From positions 21,120 through 85,119 of the forward strand of contig NW_021833914.1 in NCBI RefSeq assembly GCF_006345805.1: a stretch of 64,000 nt of DNA, given 5' to 3'. Below, one piece after another: positions 25,869 through 36,298 of the stretch (positions are counted from its first letter, which is position 1; every line of letters begins with the position of its first letter). A model generated the notes under the pieces. It was not told the origin of the DNA, did not search any database, and saw only the letters and a list, made by a program, of their open reading frames with translations. The position numbers and the translations under genes were made by a program. Source of the stretch: Octopus sinensis. Its lineage: Eukaryota.

Positions 25869-26545
25869 TATGATATTTTTATTATAATTTATTTAAATTT
25901 CTAAGCGTGATTTCTAGTTATTTTTATGGGTCGTGTTCAAAAAAGTCAGAATGTATAAAGATGAATATATTTCTCTTGGATTTATTAAAGATCCTCAAGA
26001 TCCTAATAAACCACTTTGCCTTCAATTTGGGGCAATCGTTTTGAATTAAGCAAAGAAGTCGTCCTGTTTGAATGAACATTTGAAGCAAAAATATCATAAT
26101 TCGATTGGAAAAAGGCAGACTTTATTTAGAATTAAAAAAGAATTTTGAAAATAAAAACACCTTACAGTCAATTTTTGATAAAAATATGTCTCTGGATTAT
26201 CTTTTTCATATTAAGTTGCAAAGATAATCACAAAAACTGGTTGCATTATTATTTAAATTATAGGTACTGCTCATTCGATTGCAGAAAATGTTATCCGTCC
26301 TTGTTTAAATTTATTTATAAACCATATCTTACAAAAAGATTCTTCAAATATTATGAAGACTATTCCATTAAGCAACGACACCCCACGAAAAAGAATTGAT
26401 GAAATTTCTAATGAAATTGAACAATCCTTAATTTTACTTCTCAGGGAACGCAAGTTTTCAGTCCAATTTGACGAATCAGTTATCTTTGATAACCAGTCAA
26501 TTTTTATGGCATATGTAAGGTATTACTTTTTATAAATACTTTTTA

Positions 26546-26985
26546 TTGCTGGCTGGAGAACTAAAGATGCTTTACGGGGCACCAGTCCGAATTATTCCGA
26601 TTGTGCTGACGTGGGACGGGGTGGTTTCAACGTGTTACAAAGCCTATATGGAGAAGTTATCCGTTGAAGGCCCGACAAGAACGTACATTCAGGGACTTGT
26701 CATGAAGAAGACATTGGAGGCAATTGTGGTGGAACATAGGCATGGAATCCATACGTCTCAAGAGGAATTCATTACGGCAACCAGTCAATTAAGCTGAAGT
26801 GGCAAATCAATCTTGCGAGGACCCTTCGGATGAAGCAAACGGGAAAATCTTGTGTTCGGAGAATGAAAGTGCTGATGGTGCGTTGGTGGAAATCTCTCCC
26901 AAGAAGAGAAAAATTCCAGGAGACGAGGATCATTGAGCTAACGTGATTAGGAACACATTTTCCAACAAAACTTAGAATAACTTTT
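26546..26985 (+). mobile_element. R4/Dong-like RLE retrotransposon 3' fragment inside a hAT intron
   Basis: LAGELKMLYGAPVRIIPIVLTWDGVV..YIQ..KKTLE. Related pieces at 22080-22260, 31100-31250, 36999-37388, 46830-47000, 54320-54380, 56900-57130. Confidence 0.7.
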
Positions 26986-28312
26986 GAATAAATTTACAGA
27001 TATTTTGATGATGATTTTATTCTGCAAGAAGAGTTAAAATCTTTAATCACGGATACCACAGGATTGTCAATATTCAAAATGTTGGAATCTTATTTATTCT
27101 TAAATAATATTCCATTGGAACATATTTTAGCGTGCGTAACTGATGGCTATGGTTAGAAAATATCGTGGTTTTTAAGAAAATTTAATTTGAGTAATAGAAA
27201 ATTTGGAAAATTCGATTTTTATGATCACATTTTTGATGACAACGATTTGAAAATTTATGAATTTTATCTCGAATCTTTGGAACAAGATTTGAAAAAAGAT
27301 TTAAAGATTTAATTAATTTAAACTTTTCTGATTGGATGATTAATCCTTAGGTGCCCATTTATTATGATTCTGACGATGAATGTCAACAAGAGCTAATAGA
27401 ACTAAAAAACGACCAAAAACTCAAAATAAAATTTAAAACGAAAACTAGAGTCAATTCTGGACAGAAAAATCTACAAAAATGAAATTCCCGAAATTATGAG
27501 AAAAAATGATGCCAGTAATATTATTTTTTCCTACGTCATACTGCGTAGAGAAAGGATTCAGCACTCTGAATAGTATGATCGGAAAAAAGAAACAAACTAA
27601 ACATAGAAAAAAGAGAAGACATTAGAATTACACTTACGAAAAGAAGTATAAATTTTGAAAAACTTGTCACTTTCATCAACCGCAAGGATCTCATTAAAAA
27701 TCTTTTTTTTAATAAAAAAATATTTCTAATATACAAAAATAAAGGTTGTGAACCACTGATCTAGATGACTAATAATATAAAAAGTCTCGCATTTTTACCT
27801 CTATTTACGATGAAATGGGGGCAAACTTTACAAATTTGAATTTGTTGAAAAAATTCAGAATCCAATATTGTCCATAAAACTCCATTCAAGTAAGAACGTT
27901 TTCAAAAAGTCAATTCCTCAGTTTTTGGGTTATTATTTTATTTGATTTTTTCGGGAAATAGGAGCCTTTTGTCGAGGACATGACTGCCTACATCGTTGGA
28001 ATAATCGGAATCATAAAGTCAGAAAAAAAGGTGTTTTTGTTTTCATTAAATGCCAGAAAAATATTTTGAATTTAATTTTCTTAGTTCTAGTTCATAATTT
28101 GATTTTGCATTTTAATCAATAATTAATTGCACCACATGACTTAAAATGTGTATCTTTCACCGGCGTGTCACGGCAGCATGCCACTTCTGCAACCTGGTAA
28201 GCAACAGAGGTGTATTCTTCGGCAGATACTCTCACTCCATGTCTGTGTTCAACTACCATGCTTTCTAGAGTCCTTTTTAGAACAACAGACTGAAATATAT
28301 CAAACTATAGAG

Positions 28313-28447
28313 CAGGGGTGCGCAAGCTTTTTGGGTTTGCGGCTGCATAGCATTTTTTTTCCTTCTCTTCCACGGCCACACATTTTCTGCATTATTTTTT
28401 CGATATTAATATAGTAATTTTTTTTAGGCCGCACTTGCGCACCCCTG
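28313..28447. mobile_element. 135-bp non-autonomous hAT MITE
   Basis: TIR CAGGGGTGCGCAAG/CTTGCGCACCCCTG; perfect 8-bp TSD ctatagag. Confidence 0.92.
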
Positions 28448-29901
28448 CTATAGAGCAAAAAAGCACAACTTATTGTATTATCAGCATATAAACACTTCGG
28501 AGATTTGAAAGAGTTCTTTGTTCGCAAAGTAAACGAAAATTAAATTAAATGAACTATAATTAAATAGTTTGAACATGACCCCTGTTTGGGAGGGCACCCC
28601 CGCTTTCTTGGGCACTTGGTGGCCCACCCCGGGGTTAGACTGTATTGTTGTTTCTTGTTCTGTACTGAAAGAATTTGTTTTAAGGAGTTTTCCTCGAAAC
28701 AACAATGAATCAACTGTATAGAATTCATCAGTTTCTTTATTCATTTTCAGATTACTTCAAGTTTTAATGAGCGCCGATAAAGTATTTATACTAGTTAATT
28801 AGGGGTAGTTTATGTTTGCTGTTGTAATTTTTTTCAATATTTCCTCTTTCTTTCTATCTTGTAAACAATATTTTGTAAAATACAATTGTCTAGTAATTAA
28901 TGATTAATTTGTTATTTACGACTTGAATAATTCATTTTTTAAATAATGATTTTTAAATCAAAGAAAGTGTCCAATACAGACGGTTGATTTAAATAAACAG
29001 TGGAAAAAATGTTAGTAAAATACAAATTTGGTTTTGAGAATATTTTTACTTTAAATAACTCATTTGACGAAAAATTAAAATCAGTGGAAATATTGCGAGA
29101 ATATAATTTCTGTCGATAAACAAAAGAACTTCAAAATGGAAATAAATAGAGGTAAAAGGATTATGAAAGTAAACTTGCCTGACATTGCTGAAAAGCAATT
29201 TTAAAATTAATTACTTATTCTCTAATTGTGAGGATCACTAGAGACACGTTGAGATTTTGATTTCTGTAGTTTTTGAATGAAGAAATGTTTAATGAAACGG
29301 AATTCGTTTCTTGTACTAGTAGATAACTGAAATACATGGTGATTTTCCAAACTTAAATATTTTGTATTGTTGTGTGTCTAGAAAATATAAATTTTATAGT
29401 GAAACGGAAAAGGGTCTGTAAATTTGTCTTAATGGACATAATTTATTTCATGCATTTAATTAGCAATCATTGCTCAACATATTATTCTGATTTATTTGAA
29501 TCGAATGAGCCCTGGCAACGTTTATAGTCTCATTGTGAATAGCTAATCAAAAAGATTAGCTTGAATTCTTTACTGGATGATTTTGAATATTATTATTAGT
29601 AATCTGGATAATTCGAATAGTAATGTTGTCTACCTGGCAAAAATATTATCATTATTCAAAATGATCGTCAGGGGTCTATACATCTTCTAAGCTCTCCTGA
29701 TTTTTTATTTTCAAAATTCTGTCGTGGAAAAGTCTCACTTTGAAGTTTTACAGATTGGAGATATGCTCTCACGTAGTTTTCTATAAATTACAATGTTTTC
29801 TCAATTCAATTTTTTTTAATGTTAAAGTTTTAACTGGATTCTTTTAAATTTGATTTTAGTAGAATATAACTTTATTATAAAAATTAATATATAGGCTTTA
29901 A

Positions 29902-30666
29902 ATGTTTGACTATTCACGTGGTGCATTTGAAAATTTACTCGAAACGTGACTGAATCAGAAGATAGCATCCTAAAAAATAAGCAATGGGTGGTTTTAAATC
30001 ACAAAAATAACAGGAAATCGCACAAATATGGAACGAGCAATACAACAAAGGTTTAATTCCACCATCCTCAACTTTTAGCCCATCCAAATAAAAAAATCAA
30101 TCTCTTACATCTCTGTGACCGTTTACTGCAAAATGGCAAGAAAACGAGGCCGAGATTTTTCCGAAACATTCCAAAAAAGTCTTTGCAATGTTTTTATTTC
30201 AAATGAGTGACTTTATTTTTATATTCGTAGTGAGGAGGTGTCTCAAACCCTCCAAGAATTGCTAACCACGTGGGGGAATACTGAAATGTTTTCCAATTCA
30301 GTCATTTCATCAATGAAGGCTGGATTGACTTCAAAAACTAAAAAGTCGAGGGTTTTTATTTTTTTCTTATCAAAGTTTGAACGAATGGTTGAACTGATGG
30401 CCCAAGTTGAAGAATGGGAGGAATCCGGGATGCATCCACAGGCTGATATGTTGGAAAAGATCGAGACAATTCAGAGTCTTTTGGCCGGTGTTGTTGTTGA
30501 AGAGTGTCAGTTATTGAGTGATTTAAAAACCTGTTCTCAGGTGAGGTGGAAATCCGGTAGTTTAGGAACTGAAAGCATTCTTAAGTGTAAGTGCTATGAA
30601 AGAAAGGGAGTCGAGGAGTTTGAATCATTAAATAATTTTTACACTATTTTTGACTTTATGAGATAA
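29902..30666 (+). CDS. RPRD1/2 (Rtt103)-like CID-domain protein, with about 3 apparent frameshifts
   Basis: Reconstruction MFDYSRGAFENLLE/VTESEDSILKNKQWVVLNHKN/QEIAQIWNEQYNK-AHPNKKINLLHLCDRLLQNGKK/RGRDFSETF..LQELLTTWGNTEMFS aligns with RPRD1 MSAFSE..SQQSVQTLSLW..W..AKPNRKLTFLYLANDVIQNSKRKG.EF..W; two mini-introns. Confidence 0.72.
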
Positions 30667-31655
30667 TTTTAATCAACAAATTGTAAAAAGGCTTAGTTTG
30701 TAGATGAAAAGTTTTGTTTATATGAAAAATAGTCTTAGATCTTTATATTCTGACTTTCTGGGTATTCTACGAATTTTGAATAGGAAAGGTTTTGAAAATT
30801 TTTTTTTGATTTTAAATTTGTTGATTAGCTACAGACTAGGGATTATTTAACAAAATAAGGATTGACTTGGTACGTTTTATTTTATTATTTGAATTACTAC
30901 TCTTTCTGCTTTTAGAATGATCAAGTAAACTTTGATGAATATAAAATGACAGTTCTATTTTAAAGTATCTAATTAAGAATCCAGATTGGCAGTAATTTCT
31001 CTTCTACGAGATTGTCAGTTTGGCACGAACTTCTTTTCATTTTACATTTCTTCATCACAACCTACTGGATGTATGTCCTCGTTCTTTCTTCAATGGATAA
31101 CTTATTCGTATGACTTTTACAAAAATTTGAGACAACTCCCGTGTCAAGATAATTGGAATAATCTTTACTTTTACTTCATAGAGGATCGACAGTTTGTTTT
31201 GCCAGCAGATTGTATTTTTGAAATTGGAATTCTCAAATTTATGATTTCCGAACTGGCGAGTGTCGTAAGGTTGGAAAAAAGGCTTGAAACTGTTAATATT
31301 GAACGTGGTATACTCCAAGATAATTAGTTGTCATTTCGAATATTTTTATTGAATCCATCCAACAAGAACTCATAACAATTATGCCCCAATAGATTGAATC
31401 AGAACTTTCTGAATGAAACCAGTAATATTCAAGGCCCAGAAACTGGTTTTCTTCGTAATCGAAAATTTATGCCATACGAATTCCGATATACTCAAACTCT
31501 ATCCTCCATCTATCGATTTTTAAACACAATTTGAAGTTTATGTTTAACTTCTGATAAGATATTTATCCAGCATATAGATTAGTCAAAATTAGATCAATGT
31601 GCATAAAACCTCTCAAATCAGCAGATTTTGGCCAACTCGTCAATCAAAACAAATA

Positions 31656-33005
31656 CAGTGCTCGTCAAAAAATTGCTCAGCCATTTTTTTATGCTTTTAT
31701 TGAAAAATTAATAAGAATTTAATCTTACGCTTCATTTTTTATTCTAATTCTTAAGTTTATTAATTTATTTATCGATTTTATTAAATATAAGGAATTTAAA
31801 GCATAAAAATTTAAATCACGTGACAAAAAACATTGCTCACTTTTCTTGTTATTACATATCCCACGTTCTCCCAAGAAACAGTTAACTGAATTTAAAAAAG
31901 GATGATTATTGCGTACTTTAAAGAGGGTAAAAATCAATCAGAGAAATCTCAAAAATACTTAATTTGCCGTATTCCACAATTTCATTTAATATTCGAAAAT
32001 TTCGAGAATTTGGAACACTGCATCGGAGACCGGGCAGGACGTCTTCCGAAACTAAGTTTCCCCAAATACAATTTTTATGTAATGAAACCGATTCACATCC
32101 TACATTGTTGCAGTGGATTTGTCCAACAAAACTAAAGAAACTTTCAATATTGATGTTTCCCCTAGGACAATTCTGAGAACTTTGAATAAAAATGGGTATA
32201 TTGTCGTGTAGCAAAGAAAACCCATTGCTTCTCAAAAAATATTATTCGAGATGGTCTGCGTCACTACGATTTTTATCGATATCTGATAGTACATGGAAAT
32301 CGGTGATATTCTCAGATGAGTCAATGTTCGATGTTTTAACAACAGAAAACATCAGCTTGTTTACAGAAAAAATAAAACGGAGTTAAAAAATGCACATTTG
32401 TTGCCGACTGTTAAGTTCGGAGTAGGGAGAGTTATGATTTGGGGCTGTATATCGTATAGTGGTGTAGGCAATTTGGTTTTTATCGAAGAAACTATGAACT
32501 CTGGATATTATATAAATTTACTGTCTAATAATCTGGACCAATCAGCTGAAAAAATGGGCTTATCCTCGTTATTTTTCAACAGGATAATGCTCCATGCCAT
32601 ACATCTCGTATGGTTAAGGCATATTTCGAAACCAAAAAATATATTATTCTTGATTGGCCATCGCAATCACCGGATCTTAAGACAAATATTATGAAATTTG
32701 GCAGTCAATTCCTAAAAGTTTTTTACAAAACTTAGTAAATTCAATGAGAAAAAGGAGTTATTCTTTATATTTAGCAAGGGGAGGACATATTAATTACTGA
32801 TAATGAGATTTCCAAATTTGTGCTAATGTTTTTTGTCTTGCAATTTTTTTTTGTTTTTGTTTAAGTTTATAAATAAAAAGAAAATTTTATTATAAAATAA
32901 GGTATAATAATAAAATACTACTTAAAGATGTTACAAAAAAAAATAAATCAGAATAATGCTATATAAGACATAAACATTGGTGAGCAATTTTTTTGACGAC
33001 CACTG
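31656..33005 (+). mobile_element. full-length but decayed Tc1 element
   Basis: TA|CAGTGCTCGTCAAAAAATTGCTCA..TGAGCAATTTTTTTGACGACCACTG|TA; VIFSDES, TVKFG.G.VMIWGCIS, FQQDNAPCH, WPSQSPDL; frameshifted. Confidence 0.93.
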
Positions 33006-33035
33006 TACATTAAAAAGTATTTATTAAATAAATAA

Positions 33036-35506
33036 TCAAATTCCATAAACTTTACGTATAAGACAAGTCAGGGACTGTTGATCGTACTTAAAATACTTAG
33101 TCGGCGTCGAAGAAAAGGAGAATCTGGCATAACTCATAACTTCCTGCTGATACTTCTTTACAACGAGTACACAACACTTGGCACAAATATCCTTCCGCTG
33201 TTGAACGTCGGCCAAATACATATTTCCATGAGATCTGGCAATATCCTCCAAATCCTTATTAAACACCTACCACAATAACATGCACTCAGTCACATTAAAC
33301 ATGTCTTTAATGGCCTTCCGTTCCCGCTCCCTCAACTATAAAATAATATAATTAAAAGACAACTTCTGATCCAGGTTTGTATACATCAATCTCAAATGGC
33401 TTGAACAAATGTTCCCATCTTTCATGTATAATAAACAATGTACATTTGTAAATATTCCCCCTCAAACTTGGCAATATTCTTGCTTATTCTACTCTTGGAG
33501 TCCTCCAATAGTCGAATTGTGATCTATCCCTACAAAATCGCCAAACAAGACATGCCTATCACTCGTCGGGGAAAATACCAGAAAGGACAGATTCCTCAGA
33601 ATATATGTAAAATTGTTCATTAGAAACACATTTCTTATCCCCGAATCGCCATAAAGGGTCGCTTTCTGCAGGAGATTGGCCTCCAAAGGTGGGAGAAATC
33701 CCTTCACTGCCATTCAACCAACCCACCTACCAATAAAATCGACAACATTAAGAGTAGCAGCAGACAAGGACACGTCCGAACCTATCAAATGAGTCAAAAA
33801 ACACATTTCTCTGAAAAGGAGACTTCACTCCGCCTGAGGTAGTATATTTTCAGACACTCCCCCACGCTCTGTTTATTCTCAAATATTATTTTTAGAAACG
33901 GCATTGTCTGAATAGACTTAACATACCAATACTTGGCAGCCAACTCATGCACATTCCCGTCTGGGGGCATTGACGAGTTGTTTATTGGGTCAATCTGGCA
34001 ATTTATATGACAGAATAAACCCTTATCAACTCCAGTTGTCGTTCCATGATTTTTCCTGCCATGTTCTGCAGATCGATGTATAGGAAAGTTATTTTGGACG
34101 AAAATGCCTCCAATGCTTTCAGATTCTTTTGAACACAAATCTTGAAGCCTGACTCAATTTCGTTTATATTCCTCAGACCACCCAAAAGGGAGAATAAGGC
34201 GGTTGAAATCCCCTCACATGTTGCCAATGTTATTATCAAATTGTCCAATTTCTATATTTTATGTTTAGTTCTCCACCTTGGAGTCACTTTCGAGTGGTTC
34301 AAGTCGAGGAATAATTATCATTTTGAATATTTGATTCACAAGCGACTTGCCAAACTGGGAAAAAGTGGCTTTAATAAGATCGAGCTCAGTCTCGGCCAGA
34401 ATGGTCAAATTATACAAAGACAGAACCAGCAAATCGACACTAAAACCATCCAAGTCCCCCACGTTTTTACGAATGGCAGCCTGGGAGGCGTTCAAAGGGG
34501 AAAATTTTGAAATATTCCTATCACATAAAGTCACAACAAATACTTCAAATGTGAGAAATTACGATAACTGGGACTACACTATTGGAATAAATAAAAAGTA
34601 CAACTGAAGCAGGAGTCTGGTGGGTTGTTTCTGGTCGACTAGTCGTCCGTAAACACTCAAATCTCGCCGTCACAAATAAATCCATAAAATAGTCCAATTT
34701 ACTCTTCAAATTGACTTTAATCCAGTTATAAGAATTTGCCAATTTATTTATTTTGTTGACTGACCGTGAATAATATCCAGCCAAATTATTTCGCACTGAA
34801 AATCTAAGTCGGGAAATACCCTTAAAATTGATTCCCGCGTCGTTTTGTGGAATTCCGTGGTAGTTCCGAGAGCGGGAAAATGACTGGGGAGTGTTTGTGA
34901 CAGAATCAGCAGTTCTGGACATAAAAATGGACTGATCGGGAGTAAAATTATCCTTAATAAAACAGATAATGTCATTTTCCAGCTTAGAAACAAGCGAATC
35001 GAATAAAATTGCCTTTTTTGGTGAGAAATAAAATACAGCGGTTTTAGTCTCGATGGATTCCGGACGATTGGAATGGAAAAAGTCCTTCGCCTTATTCACA
35101 GCATCCAAAACACTGATCATTTCAGAGAGATCGTTGCTGGATGACATTTTTGTTATTAAATATGCCTTATTTTGTCGACTCCGATCTTGTTTATATTTTT
35201 GATGACCTGATAGTGGAGGATTATTGAATCGGTCTGTTTAAGGGCCTCCACGTAGGCTGAGATGTAGTGAGAGAAAGATATACCATGACAGTTCAGTTGA
35301 GAAAGGGAGGATTTGTCAAATATGCACGAGAATGAATCTTCAATGCTCTTTAGTTGAGAGGAAAATGACTCTAATGTAGCTACATATGCGTTTGTCGAAC
35401 TGTCAATGTTAGCCAAAAAATCTTTCATTAAATTCAATCTATCTGTATACTATAAATTAAACATAATTTGTGATTATTTAACATTTGGATGATCAAACTT
35501 ATCCAT
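33036..35506 (-). CDS. EXOC7: exocyst complex component 7 (Exo70), multi-exon
   Basis: ATG 35506 then a 33-nt intron; LESFSSQLKSIEDS, AKDFFHSNRPESIE, MPPDGNVHEL (compare MPKDGTVHEL), ERKAIKD..FNKDLEDI, FSSTPTKYFKY (compare FTKNPEKYIKY). Confidence 0.88.
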
Positions 35507-35762
35507 CCACACACCAACAGGAATTTTAAATTTGTAATTTTATATGAATTAGTATTATTTAATTTATGACAATTTTAGTTAACATTATTTTTAACTAATA
35601 GAATTTAAATTTCAGAAAAAAGATTTAAAATATTCTATTTCAATATTCTATAGTGTAGAAATAATAACAGTTCAGAATTAAATTTAGTAATTTTACTATA
35701 ATTTAATTATACTATAATTATATTATTTTTATATTAATCAACGGTCAACCTAATATAATAAA
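35507..35762. promoter_or_regulatory. probable bidirectional promoter between EXOC7 and the bZIP gene
   Basis: About 256 bp of very AT-rich spacer between divergent start codons; no specific motif identified. Confidence 0.4.
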
Positions 35763-36298
35763 ATGTCTACGTACAATATGATGTGTTACTGTGCGTTACT
35801 ATGTTGAACCTAAGAAGTAAAAGAAATTTGTCACTTAAAAATTCGAAAATTCGAAAAATTAGAAATAGAATGAATGCTAAATTGACTCTTGAACAATATA
35901 TTGACACCGTCAAATTCCGTATTCAAACGCTAAAAGAAGAAAAAGCAAGACTGGAAGAATCTAATCGTGAATTATCATTAAAAAACGACTACTTAATTCA
36001 ACAATTAAGTCTCAATGCCCTGCCAAAGTCTACAGAACTTACGTCTTCTCTGCAGCAGAAGAATACAGTGGCATTATTTCTTCTCCTTATTACTTTCCTT
36101 GCAGTGGAAAATGGGAAGAAATCTATATTTTTGAAGTCTTCGAATCGACCTAATTTGGTTATAAAATCGAGGATCTTTAATTCATTTAAGGAATTGGATC
36201 GAAGAAAAACTTTTCATAGGCACTATGTTGACTATGATTTTTTTGTCGCGATATTTTGTTGTGACATTATTAAAAAATTTAATTGGTTTTATAAATAA
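35763..36298 (+). CDS. CREB3/ATF6-like membrane-tethered bZIP protein, divergent
   Basis: RKIRNRMNAK..QYID..RIQTLKEEKARLEESNRELSLKNDYLIQQL zipper, then hydrophobic TVALFLLLITFLAV. Start is ATG 35763 with a 32-nt intron, or ATG 35801. Confidence 0.6.

Larger units (their letters stand above)
24577..27758 (+). mobile_element. Buster/Charlie-type hAT element with TIRs, 8-bp TSD and decayed intron-containing transposase
   Basis: CAGTGGTTCTCAAC..GTTGTGAACCACTG; TSD atctaaat/atctagat; YKDEYISLGF, PLSNDT..RIDE, FSVQFDES, FPTSYCVEKGFS. Confidence 0.9.
23850..27840 (+). mobile_element. older Buster/ZBED-like hAT remnant split by a younger hAT
   Basis: IAKQLKPH, LDESEDISEMAHLLAYIRFV, CINGAP, HCFLHQE; DDII at 24570 resumes as ..NNIKSLA after 27766. 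Confidence 0.75.

Noticed and set aside
28960-29800. Possible spliced gene upstream of the RPRD-like gene (similarly 48600-49020)
   Set aside because: Mini-intron-like segments are present, but I could not build a consistent open frame or recognise a domain.
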